DNA of 64,000 nt from Stylophora pistillata (taxonomy: Eukaryota): NCBI RefSeq assembly GCF_002571385.2, contig NW_019218339.1, forward strand, positions 1-64,000, in the 5' to 3' direction. Below are positions 49,211 to 62,000 of the stretch, piece after piece (the first letter of the stretch is position 1; the number at the start of each line of letters is the position of its first letter). The translations under genes were made by a program, and so were the position numbers. Under the pieces are notes generated by a model. It made no database searches and was not told where the DNA came from. It saw nothing but the letters and a program-made list of their open reading frames with translations.

Positions 49211-52200
49211 CCTTTGCATTCACAGTGTAATCATAAGCACATTCCACTCCCACATCTTTAGTGTGATCACAGTTACTGTTTCCCCAGCCAGCATGTGGAC
49301 AAGCTGCAAGCGTGCTCTCATTTCCCGTGCAGTTGACATCATCGAGCCATATTGGCCCATCAATAGCACTCCCAAAGATTGTACTGTTGAAGAAGCCAAA
49401 AGCTTCCGGGTAACCCAGCATTCGACACACCACGTGGGCATCATTCAAATCCCAATGATCTTGACATATTGTACCCCACTGGCCATTGTAGAAAAGTGAA
49501 ACACGGCCTTCATTTGGGAAAAATCCATCTAACAGCTCAAGCTCTATCACTGATAATAAATAGTAACAAATCATTGTTTAGGGGAGAGTGTTATTTCTTT
49601 GGCCAACTTAATGCTTTGTCTTGCATTGTCCAAAGTCCAGGAGGCTGGCCTTTCTATTATAGAAAGTTTGAAGAATCAAATGACACTTGCTAAAGTAGGG
49701 AAATTGTAAAATTTTAGAATCTTAGAAAATAGTATTGTACAGCTCCACGTGCAGCTGCTTCATAAAATTTAGCGAAAATATCAGAAATCATACTATGAAT
49801 TGTGAAATAAATCGGGCTCATGAACATTTATTTTTCCACCTAAAAAAGGCGTGGTTGTATGAAGTTATGAGCAATATTTCCGATGTAACAATATTTGGAT
49901 ATAAAAATGCACGATATTCCATAGCACTTTTCCAACTGAAGAATATGTGTTAATTTTTACCGAAGGCGTTATTCATGCGTTCCAATGGCAACGCAGTTAA
50001 CATGATCGTATTTCTCGTTCCCCTTCTCTGAAAAGTGACGTTCCCTTTTTACTCTAAAGCTTACAGTAAATGCACGAACATACACGAGCCAAACCCTTCC
50101 ATGTACCTGGATATTTCTCTTTGCACACAACACCGGCGTCGTCATCATGGCTGCAGTTATGTGACCCCCACCCTCTGAATGAACACAAAGCTACCGAAGA
50201 CTCTTTCCCTGTACACCATAAATCATCAAGTAAAATTTTCTGGCTAGTATGTCCGGCGCCAAATCTTCCTTTCACTTCAGCAGAGACAGCCCCAGGAAAG
50301 CCCGTCATTCTACAAATGACGTCTGCATCTTGAATATCAAATAGATCACTGCACACAGTTCCCCATTCACCATTGTAGTTGACCTCCACACGACCTTCTC
50401 TATCACTTGACCCATTCACTAATCGTGCATAAACAGCTGTAGTGATAAATTTAAAAATAAATGTCACTGAAAGAGTAAAGTTTCTTCTTAAACTCTTAAT
50501 ACCGGTCGTGGTCACCCTTCCTATGTTTCCAAAGAATTGAGATACATAAGATAAATTCTTCATAAATCTATCCCAATGTTGCGAAAGGAAAAGCATGAAA
50601 ACTCAAAGAGGTCCTACATGATCATGCATTACTTTCATTTTCTGCGAGTGACCCTTTAATAGAGGTTTCACCGTACAACAGATGGCAAAGCAACAACCCA
50701 AGCATTGGACAGAGCGTACATACCAGGTGGTCCAACTGGTTTGTTAGTATCATTCACTACTGTTGAATCTGCCAATCCGTCTGGCGGTGGTGAATTACCG
50801 CAAAATACTCCGGCGTCTTCCTCATGATCACAATTATGAACCAACCAACCATTGTGACCACATTCAATGAGGGTGCTCTCAACTCCGAGGCAATTAACAT
50901 TGTCGAGCCAAATGGGCCCTGTTCCGTAAAATTCATTTGCGTTCTGTTGTTTCATAAACACACCGAATGAGAATGCTTGCCAAGCATACTTATAGCCAAG
51001 CATTCGACAAACTACGGTGGCATCCTTGATATCCCAGTTGTCATCGCAGACTGTGCCCCAGATTCCATCGTGGTAGATCTCTACCCGGCCATGCGTTTCA
51101 TCTCCATCTCTTAGTCTCACAATTGGAGCTATTAAATCAAAACAAAGTAGGTTTTAACCCACAGTAGCTCAGTCGAAAAAATTAATAAATTTTAGCAAGA
51201 CTGGACAGTGTATTTTCCTTGCAGAACTGCACATTAACAGCATTAAGGAATTACCTTTAATTTTCTCCTTGCAAATTACACCAGCATCTTCGCTATGATT
51301 ACAATTACTTGATCCCCATCTTCTGAATGAACAGGTAGCTAATGAAGTCTCCTGTCCAGTGCACCACAAGTCATCGAGCAAAATCTTCTGATTGGAATTT
51401 CCAGGACCGAATCTTCCTCCTATCTCTGCAGATACCGCTCCAGAGAAGCCCATCATTCTACATACCACTTCTGCATCTCGAATGTCAAAGTCATGGTTGC
51501 ACACAGTTCCCCATTCTCCCTTGTAGAAAACCTCAACCCTACCTTACCGATGACTTGATCCGTTGACTAATCGAACTTGAACAGCTTTGGTGAGGAAAAA
51601 AGATAAAAAACAATAAATTCAAACTTATAAAGAATTTGAAAGATACGATAAAAAATGATGAAAAATGATGAAAAACCTAAAACAGACTTTTTCTGAGGTG
51701 GTACTACACTGAGTTTCCGAATAACAAAAAAGGAAGTTACAAGTTACATGCGAAATAGAAAGAAATCTGAGTCCTATTACGAGAAATCGAACTTCTGACC
51801 TTCACTCTAATTCACGAAGGTTAGCCATATGGAAAAATGTTATGTCTAATCGACTTAAGACAATCATATAAAATCTTTCCTTATGTTTTTCAGGGATAAG
51901 TAAGCACAATTATGGTACTTACAAGGTGGTCCAATAGGTTTGTGATTATCAAGAACCACTGTTGATTCAGGAATATCCGCCTCCCTTGATGTATTAGCAC
52001 ACCAAACTCCTGCATCTTCCAGGTGATCGCAATTATGAACCAACCAGCCATTATGGCCACACTCGTTTAGAGAACTCTCGTTTCCGAAACAGTTAACATC
52101 ATCGAGCCAAATGGGTCCTGTACCATAAAGATCCAGGTCGTCTGTGGTTATTTCTACAGCAAATGAGATGGCAGTCCAAGCGTATTTGAAGCCCAGCATT

Positions 52201-53370
52201 CGACAAACTACAGCAGTATCGTTAATATCCCAATTATCATCGCATACTGTACCCCAAGTACCATTGTAATAGATCTCTACCCGTCCGTAACCAGGAGAGT
52301 CGCCATCTCTCAAGCGCACTATCGGAGCTGTTGAATAAATAAATAAATAAATAAATAAATAATGATTTAACAATGGACATCCACTGGGTGGCTATTCTTG
52401 TCCACTGTTCCAGATCGAATTGGAATTTAGAATGTTGGTTTTTGCGGAGGGAGGAAAACCGGAGGACCCGGAGAAAAACCCTCGGAGCAAGGACGAGAAC
52501 CAACAACAAACTCAACCCACATAAGACGCCAGGTCCGGGAATCGAACCCGGGCCACAGTGGTGGGAGGCGAGTGCTCTCACCACTGCGCCATCCCTGCGC
52601 CATCCCTGCTCCCCTGAATTGGATGGAAAGAACGCATTCTTAATATGATTCAATCCTGCAGTCATTTTACTTCTCTCATAAAAGAAATTCAGTATTTTTA
52701 TAGAAATAAAAGGGCACTTTTCTCCTCTCTTACTAAGCAACCAGTGCGTGATGCTCGACAATGAAAAGGAGTCCGATAGAATCACACGTACACGGCTCAA
52801 ATGCATGCATGGGGAAAACTAGAAGGTTTGTTTAAAAAATAAATACTGAGGAAAGAGAAAAATGTAGTGCTGACATACCGGGTGGAGAGGTTGGAGTGGT
52901 CGAGCTCTGCATCACAGTCAGTGAAGGTGAACTTGGAGATACCACTGAAGGAACGACTATTTCATAAGAGCTACCTGGTAACATTTTCACTTGAGATGCA
53001 GGGGAAGTAGAAATTCGTAAGGGTCTCTTTGTGGGTTTCTCTGTTGCTGGACTGTGACAAATAACTTCAGCATCTTGGGTATGATCGCAGTCATGGACAC
53101 CCCACCCGCTATGTTTACATTCGGATAAAGTGTTCTCTTGACCCGTACAAGATAGATCACTCAACCAAATCGGATCACGGCCCCCTGATTGTTTGGTGCA
53201 GCAACCAGCTGTCCAAGCCCCAGGGAATCCCAACATCCGACAAACAACTGATGCGTCTGGCATATCCCAGCCATTCTTACAGATAGTTCCCCAACGTCCA
53301 TTTCGATATACTTCTACTCTTCCCCTATTAGGAGAGGCTCCACCCGTAAGGCGAACTTTTACAGGAACCC
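49211..53370 (-). CDS. Gene 4: six SRCR exons
   Basis: Each exon has GRV(E/S)..WGT(V/I)C..C(R)M(L/M/T)G..LDD/LSD/LDN..C..DA/V motifs. Confidence 0.9.
52333..52615 (-). mobile_element. tRNA-derived SINE with (TTTA)n tail
   Basis: Minus strand TGGCGCAGTGGTGAGAGCAC..GGTTCGATTCCC, body TGTGGGTTGAGTTTGTTGTTGGTTCTCG..CTCCGGTTTTCCTCCC, tail TATTTATTTATT. Confidence 0.85.
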
Positions 53371-56300
53371 CTAAAACAAAAGAGAGAACGACAACGTGAG
53401 AGTGAGTTTATCCGACTTACCACTTTAACCCAAACCAACCAAACGTTTAGCTTAATGCTAACTGTTCGCAAGAAAGTTTGCAATGCACAAGTTGCAAGAA
53501 TGGATTTGATGAGCGTTCGAAGACATATAACAACATCATAACATTGCTAGGGACGGCAATGAGAAACGAACAAACAGAAAAACAAGCCAAGTAAGTTGTA
53601 TGATGAAATCAATGTTCCGAAATATATGATACAAGAATAACTAGCATTAAAAAAAATTAAAAGCAAAAAAGGTAAAACGACACATGCATCAAATCCAAGC
53701 TTTGCATGCATGGGTTAAGGTGACAGGGAATTTTCTTGGCGTGTTTCTTCCGCATGGGTGTTGTTAGACAGACATGTACCTTCCATTTCCACCTGAATGA
53801 TACTCTTGGGTGCTGCAAATGAGCTGAGAAATGTGCAGCGAAAGCGAGTGGCATCGGTGTGTGTGACATTTTTTAGTCTGAATGCCATGTCCTTTCCAGG
53901 AATCACTTCAAAAGTGTTCTCACTTCCAACTTTTTGGTGAATTTCACCAGGATACCCTTTCACAGCCATCATCTGCCATTCGTTGCTGTAAAGAAACTTT
54001 TCACGCTCCACTATAATTAAAGAAAAGCGATCTGCATTCGTTTTCTCTTCTGTTGTAAGTGATATTGTCCATTCCAGTGTGGCGGTTGATCCTTTGCGAA
54101 CATTACTAGGTTGCTTGACGTCCCATTCAAGAGAATCTATTGGTTTGAAAATACAAAAAAGAGAGTCAAATATGCCTATAAAATGGCGCCGTAACAGTTA
54201 TACTCGGACATTAATGTACTAATTTTGTTAATTTCGATAATACCAATAAAGATGTGGAATATAACGAAAGAAGACGCCTCTCTTAGAATAGACTGCCAAG
54301 TGCGGTTGTCAAAACGCGGGAAGACGAAGTGATTCAATTTACCTAACTTGAGTGACGCCTCATCGGTGGGCATCAACCCACAAACAACCGGTTACCTGAA
54401 CCCCCATGTAACCAAGCTCCTACTCGTAATTTTTTACTCTTTTATCCGAAGAGAGAGAGAAAAAATTGTTCTCAGGCTAAGAACCAAATAATTGTTCAAC
54501 AATATATTATTTATTCAAAATATATCTCACTAATGTAATCTACAGCTCATTTTTAAATAATCTTAACAACCAGCTGCTATTAAGCAGGAAATGAAACCAG
54601 ACTCGTGGAGAGTGGCGAAAATCGAGGTTAAATCAAGCCTTTTTTTTTCTTTCTCGGCTATCCTGTTGCCTGGACGTAGAGTTTAGCAATATAAATACAG
54701 CGACAAATGTCCAAATTGATGGCATCAACATCATAAGCTGCAGGTGCAATATTAAATTTCTCTAACGTTTTAACATTTTGTGTGCTAAAATGAAGGTCAG
54801 ATAGGATTTCATCTCGGCAAACAATGCAGGAAATTTGCTTTACAAATCCGTGCTACTGGCCCAAAGCTACCATTCAAAATAACTCATAAGCATGATGTAA
54901 ATCCGAATAAAACACGAAACAAACAAATGTAGTCACGTAGAATAAATTTATCACTCCGCATAAATTTATCATTTTCGCATGTCGAATTTTTGTCGGAGTT
55001 ATGAACACGTTTCCTGACACTTTATAAAGCAGCTTATAATTTAGAAATAAGAGGAAAGCGCCACAGATTTCGCGTTATCGTCCCGGGTTTGAATACTAAA
55101 ACGAACGATTCGCAAGAATTGGCAACTTGAACTATAGAGTAGCAAAGAAATAACACGAAAGTTTGTTTTCGATGTTCACATCAGTACTTCACTAAGTTGT
55201 CATTTCATGGAATCATTTTGTCAGATTTACACTTGAAATTACTCCCCATAATCATGAACTTGTCAGCTAAATAAACATCTATAAGTCTGCATGTTTTTCA
55301 CTCAAGCATTATTAACAAGTATGCAAATTATTCCAAAGGTTAATACTTCGACAAGAATCCCTAAAATAAATGAAATAGTTCATCGTAGTTCAGACAGAGA
55401 GGCGGCATCATTCGTGAAAAATTCGGTGCTATCATGTTGCAAGGTTGAAACAATCGTTGCTCAGTACCTTTCAGCGTTATGTGGCGAACAGTTTAGGGAC
55501 GATTGTGAAAACTACGTAAACATTTGCATACGGGTTCGAAAACTTACCTGTAAATGAAATCTGTGACCACAGGAAGAAAACCAGCAGAAGATGAACAACC
55601 ATCGTCACTTTGGAAGAGTTCGATTAAATAATAAAATCGATTTTGAGTAATAGAGATTGACGTGAACAGTTTAACCTTCCTGATGCGAAATAATTCCGTT
55701 TGTAATGTAGATGAGACACTGACGTAGTTATTAAGATATGAACATACACTGAGGAATGTGCACACCTCTTAACACTGAACAAGAGATATGCTAAATCAGT
55801 CGGTAATGATCTATTTTTGTCACGCCAGCTTGTATCCGGCTGATGTCGTAATCCGTCACAGATCCTTCTAGAGTGGGCGAAATTTTCAAGGACATGTTTA
55901 TGTGTCCTTTAACTTTTTGTTATGTATGGTGTGTTTATTCTGTTATGGTCGAAAGAAAAATAAAAGGAAATCATCGATGGGAAAGATATTTTCGAAATCT
56001 ATTGGCTGTCACGCGCCCGTAAACGGCGCAGGTTTTCCCTAAACGGACCGCTTTGGAGCTGATTGATGTGCGCGTCACGTTCGCTTCGGAGTGAACGAAA
56101 ACTTCACCGTCTTGGGGAGAGGGGGGAAGGTTGCTTTGCTTTCAGCTCCTTAGGTTTTACTGTATACTTTTTTCTTCGAAAATACTGATTTTGTTTTATT
56201 TGTTTTTCCTTACCAAATAATGAGTTATACATCATGAGAACGATTTTAAAAAGAATAAAGTTTTTTGTTCGAAATGTCGGTTCGATACTATATGTCAGTC

Positions 56301-56797
56301 GAAAAACATTTTGATAATTTCTCTTGGTTTAATAATCGAAAGGAAATTTCGAAAGTCTAGGAATATGTTACTGCTTTTGTAGTTATATACATTAAATCTG
56401 TAAACAAACCATAAAATTGCATCGTAGTCGTTGTTTCAACGTGTGGTCTCTTGAAAACGCCAAAACATAACAAAAAAAATAAAATAATAATAATAATAAT
56501 AATTTAATATTTATATTGCGCAAATTAACGTTGGGATATGATCAAAGGCGCATCAAAATGTTTTGTGGAAGACTTAACAGTCTTAACAGACTACTTGCAG
56601 CAGTTTACAATTTTTTGTGAAGGCTAATTGTAACAGATGCCCCCAATTTCAGTAAAGTCAAATAAGAATCGAGTTTCGTGATCACGTCCGATGTAAGTAA
56701 GGGCGCAACCAGCCTACTCACACATTCTCAAATTTTTAAAGGGCTACCAGGGAAGGTTGCTATAAGGAAATTTTAATGACCTGTTCATAGCTTTGAG

Positions 56798-56827
56798 TAT
56801 AGTTAGTAGTCCCCTCTACTAACTATG
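56798..56827. mobile_element. 30-bp hairpin element with 7-bp TSD (copy 1)
   Basis: CTTTGAG|TATAGTTAGTAG-TCCCCT-CTACTAACTATG|CTTTGAG. Confidence 0.65.
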
Positions 56828-57458
56828 CTTTGAGTTACGTTTTCTTTATGAGTCGGCGTTGTTTTCTTTCCGTGTAAGTTGAGGTTTTTTAGGATAAATT
56901 TTAGGGAGATTTTGTTCAAATTTCCTCATCGAAGTTTCGTCGGTTTCTCTGCTTAAATTTGGCTGGAGTAAAAACTCAAACTGTGCGGTATAGAAAAACA
57001 CAATTTACCTTAATCTAGGTACTTGAGAAGTTTTTCTTTGTTTCGTAACTTATTTTCTTTGGTCCTATTCTTACGACATCTCTATATATTTTCGTTTTTC
57101 TCCATCACTCATAAACGGGACAATTTCCTACACAAAGGATGAATGCCCAAATCATTTTGGAGAATTAAGCAATGAAAGCAGTGGCCATGTAAAATTTATG
57201 CCTTAAAGAATTACTTTGTCTTTATGTTTCATCCCCCCCCCCCGAGTTGCTCTTTGTGAAGCCTTTTAACATAACGAAATGTGACGATTTCATAGCTGAT
57301 TTCCACATACGCAAGCGATACCACCACTGATGTACTCATTCCCATGCTTGCACTTGTTCTTGAATTGAGCTCTCGAACTAATTTCATGAACGTCTTGCGA
57401 TTCATACGGAAATTCTCTTTCCATTCCTCTTCAGCAACCCTTCCCTAAACAAAGTCGT

Positions 57459-58240
57459 CTACATCTACATCTATATTTATTAGTCTTGCAAAGGGGGGCC
57501 ATCACGCAAGACATAAAATAACAATAATAATTAACAAAATGAGATAAAAAATGTAAAANCCCCTAATTGCATCTTTAAAATTAATTAATTTATCAATTCC
57601 TAAAACACTATTTGGTAAGGAGTTCCAGTCTTTGATTGTTCTACAATAAAATGAATTCTTATACGTTTCAGTGTTCGGTTTTATTTCTATGTATTTATCC
57701 TTATGATATGATCTTAATTGACGGTTTTTCTTCTTGATATAATTTGGGAGTTCCATCTGGACTTCGCCATGGAGAATCTTGTAGAACATGGTTAAACGTG
57801 CAGACTTTCTTCTTTTCTGTAATGGAGGCCAGTCCAAAACATTTAGAAGATTTGACACAGTCCTTGGTTTACGCTCCCAACAATTTTTTACAAAACGTGC
57901 AGATCTTCTTTGAACAGCTTCAATTTGATTTATGTGTTTGTCCTTCCAGGGGTTCCAGACTGTGCTTGGATACTCGAGATGCGGTCGAACTAAGGATTTA
58001 TATGACATTTCTTTGATAGATTCAGGACATTTTCCAAGATTCCTTTTTAAGAAACCCAAAGCTCTGTTTGACTTATTAGTCTTCATATCAATATGACTCC
58101 AGTCTAGTGAACTTGACAATTCCACCCCAAGGTATGGTTAGTGTGACGCAGACTCCAAAGTATGACCCATTAGCTTGTAATCGAAAATTATTAGATGAGA
58201 TTTCCTAGTAACTCTCATAACAAAACATTTGTTGGGGTTA
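57459..58240 (-). mobile_element. 5'-truncated LINE 3' end (CR1/L2-group-like)
   Basis: YLGVELSSSLDW..KSNRALGFLKRNL..YKSLVRPHLEY..IEAVQRRSARFV..SFYCRTIKDWNSLP; AATAAA and (TAGATG)n tail. Confidence 0.85.
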
Positions 58241-59019
58241 AATTGCATGAGCAATTTTTTTGCCCATTGTTCAATTGTAGAAAGATCAAAATAATATTAC
58301 AAGAGAAGAGGGTCTGGTGCATAAAAACTATACTATATATACTCTACAGCGTTTTATTTTTTTCTTTTTCGCACGACTGTGCAGCCTAGTAAAAAGCCCT
58401 TGAGGACACCTCTCGTTGGCTTTGAAACTTATCCGATATGTGACAATTCCCTTTCAAGATCGGCGCGGCACAACTTTTGTCTGTTACAGAAACTGACCCA
58501 GAATCAATGTGTTATGAGCGACCTAAAGCCCCCCCCGCAGAATATCTTAATGTTTTCTTTCGACGTTATAAATTCTTTGCCAAAGGTTGTCGAGCAAGCT
58601 GGTCCTTGCAGTTGGCATCGAATTCAAAATTAGAAGCTTTTATAACTTCCAATTTAAAATTTTTTAATTATATCGCCGCGTGCGAATTTTTAAAATCGTT
58701 TACTGTACCTTAAATAATTTTAGGAGTACGTTTGTGGTTTATTTCAAAATCCTTCGTAATAAAAAAAATCCCTTTTCGAAACGAAAATGCTCTAAATTAC
58801 GGGAAAATCACCGTCTAGCCCACAGCAGACTGTTTGACACGATTAGCGTCTGAATTAACATGTCAAACATTGATTAAAGTCAGAAAAACGCTCTTAAAAC
58901 CTAAGGAAATTGTATCAGATAACATTCTGTCGATGACCTCTGCGGATGGAAAGCAAACGACATCAGAACGAACTCAGTAATTATTTAACTTTTAACGGCG
59001 TATTAAGGCAGCCGCTGAG

Positions 59020-62000
59020 ATGGCTCTCACCAAACCTGTTAGGTCTTGCATGTTGCAGAACATGTACCGTTGTGTGATTATTTTTTTGAGTTTGACGACG
59101 CTATCTCTTCCAGTATCAGGTTTGTGCTTCAGCACCAAAGGCGCCGTGAACTTTGGAATTCCCAACAACAAATCATAGAAGGCTACTAAGAAGAACTTTT
59201 TTTTCTTTTGCAGCGTTCCACTGGAACAAAGAACCTACAACTGTTAAAGGAATACTCGGTGAAAACGTTACACTTGAATGGAATTTTACCATTTCATCCG
59301 CCAACGAAACTTTGGACAGTTTTGTTTTGTTGCGATCCTCCTCAGATGATATGATTAAATATAGTCACGGCAAGGGTATAGTGATCTACCAAAAATTTAA
59401 AGGGAAGGTGGCGATGTTGGCCGCTGGAACTCCGACATTTTTATTAATCAACTTACAGAGAGAGGACGACAAAGCTGACTTTTGCTTGAAGGTCTCCACA
59501 AAGATCCCATCCAAGTCAACAAATGACGATGGAATTATTCATTTGCCTAACCCCAGATGCGCTAAAATTGAAATCTTGGGTAAGATTAGTTTGTACTCTC
59601 TCCATTGAATCGAATCGCACATTTTAAATCTCTAACTAGTTGTTTTTCTTCCTTCTTCTGTCTAAAGAATCATAGTAAAATGGAATTTACTACTTTATTG
59701 GATCGAAATTAGATTTCGAGTACACAAAACATCTTTCATTTTCTATTTATGGACGAAAGGTCAAGTTTGATGATTCGTTCCTCTAGATCATATCGATAAT
59801 ATCGAGACTGGCAGGCCTATTTGTTTCACAAATCTAAAAAAGAGAAGAATGGATGATATTTAAAACGGTATCGCAAACAGTAATGATAATGTACTTAGAG
59901 TTTTTTAAGCTGCACAATGAAGAACAGTTTCCGTATGCTGACGGATGATTCGACAAAACGGAACTTAAACAGATCGACCCATTGGCTAAAAACGAGATTA
60001 GCTTGAGTCAAATAACAACAAATCTTGGTTATGATTACTTTTCCCATTTATTGAATCAATATTCAGATTTTGAAGTCTACTTCAAACTTTTATCTTAAGG
60101 TAAACAGCACAAATGACAATCATAGAATCTACTGCAAACATCGGGAATAAAACAACATAAAAGCGAAAGGACACCGTCTGTAAATTTCAATTTCCTTCCA
60201 TGTTAGGTGATGTAGTTTGTCAGAATTCGTCGTCAGTCCAATAGTAACCGATCTTTCGTATCCCGTGCAGGTTTGTTTGTTTGGTTTTTTTTTTTTTTTT
60301 CTTACGTTACCTGCGAAATTGTTCGTCCCAAGTTGATTGATTGATTGCTGTTCATGTATAAGAGTAACTGACACAGAAATATAGCCTCACAATAAGGTGT
60401 CTCATACAAAAATCACGAAGTCTCCCTATTCCAAAAACCTACTCGTCCGAAAACTACATTGAAGTTTCTAATTGTAAGATAATCTTCCCATTCACTTTCT
60501 CCTCTATTGAACTTATGGTTAGCTTAGTCTGACAATCTTTTAAAATGGAATAATTATCTAGTGTCGAAAACGTGGAAAAGTTGTACCACGGTTACTTATC
60601 AAGTCACGGGTTAGTCACTTCATTTTAGAGTTTTGCTACAACCCTTCGGTTACATATTACTCACAGTGTTTATTGGAATAAAATGACACTAAAGGCGTTC
60701 TATTCATAGTTAGTAGAGGGAGCTACTAACTATGTTCTATTACAGCCTCGTGGAACATGGCCATATATGAGCAAAACACGTGCCGCATAAATGTTGTTTG
60801 GTTATGTAATAGATCAACGAAATCACTTAGAATGTCAAACAAATTAAAACTAATTAAGGTATCGTCCAGTTTCCAACACTAGTAGTCCTTTATTGATTTG
60901 ACCAATATTCGGTAAAATGACTGTAAAGAAACAGTTGATCATAATTCTCATATCTATTTTCTCTGATATCGCATGTCAAACTAACGAGCGAACTAAAAAT
61001 TTCTCCCGATGAAAATTTTCCAGACATATCTTGCATATCATGACAGCTAAACAGTTAAAAAAAATTGAATGTTTGTTTAGCCAAAAGTTAGAGGCCTCCC
61101 TAAACCGTTTTGGTAAGACTCGTTAGCCATTCCGCGTCAAATTTCATCACTTCCTGTGCTCACGGCCAGCCTTCTTTTTTAACTTTACCTGTGGACTCTT
61201 CTCCTTATTTATCATTCTCCATTCACATTCTCGTTTCAAACGCAGACAGACAGAAAAGACCTCCGCGCGCAATCGAAATCAGGAAATGTTGAAGCGATTG
61301 AAATTCAACGACCAGGATGTTTTGCTGCAAGATATCCATCGGAGCTAAAGAATACAGTTGGAAAACACATTTTTGTAAATAACTCGCGTGCTTTTCAGTA
61401 TTTTACCAAACGTTTTGATGAGCACTATAGTTAAAATAATAATACCCGGGTTGACATAGAAAAAAAACTGTCCCTCGAAGGTCTACCGTATCCTTAATCG
61501 GTCGCTTATGTCGCTAAGGCTTGGCTTAATTAATTCTTGAGTGATGCCTTCTTTTTTTGATATTCACTCTGGAGACTCTCTTCAATTCTATGCTTCAATG
61601 CTTCTGAGTGGATCTGCGAATCAATGACGTTTTCGGGGCTTTTCAAAATTCCATATTTTTTATAGAACGTCCCACAATTGTTAACATCTCGAAAAACTCC
61701 ACCTGGACATCCACTGAGGGAGACGATTTGATCATCACCTGCCATACAACTGGCATACCAACTCCTAATGTTACGTGGACAAGATCAGGCAAGAAAGCCA
61801 AAAACTTTGGACCATCATCTTCCTTAACATTAAAAAATATAACCAGAGAAGAGGACGGCTTATACTGGTGCATGGCAGATAATGGTCTCAGTACAGCCAC
61901 AGCTTCTGTCAGGGTCATCGTTAAATGTAAGTATAAAGTTGAAAACAGAGGTAAATTGGGCGATTTTCCTTCATATTTAGTCTTCAAGATTCACCGTTAA

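Larger units (their letters stand above)
42176..55602 (-). pseudogene. Gene 4: paralog of gene 3, SP-IgV-SRCR x6-MAM-Ig x7-S1 protease (~1940 codons if repaired), with one nonsense codon and one frameshift
   Basis: Exons (minus) 55602-55548 (MVVHLLLVFFLWSQISFT), 54136-53780, 53370-52879, 52327-51923, 51584-51255 (TAA at 51546-51544), 51128-50724, 50436-50107, 49549-49211, 48791-48654, 48396-48155, 47224-47119, 46705-46451, 46021-45764, 45613-45350, 45200-44940, 44565-44299, 44114-43842, 43569-43303, 43081-42845, 42722-42176 (-1 frameshift at ~42511). Most exon lengths are identical to gene 3. May be an intact gene with sequence errors or a null allele. Confidence 0.8.

Noticed and set aside
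52237-52806. 189-aa ORF with a hydrophobic stretch (LLLVLVLAPRVFL) as a transmembrane exon
   Set aside because: It is a translation of the SINE body, not a host exon.
38331-53399. Antisense ORFs over exons (e.g. 38331, 43799, 49263, 50070, 53193)
   Set aside because: Shadow frames of real coding exons.
28831-55602. Gene symbols such as DMBT1, HMCN1, PRSS12 or TMPRSS for genes 3 and 4
   Set aside because: Those would be single-domain best hits; the overall architecture matches none of them.
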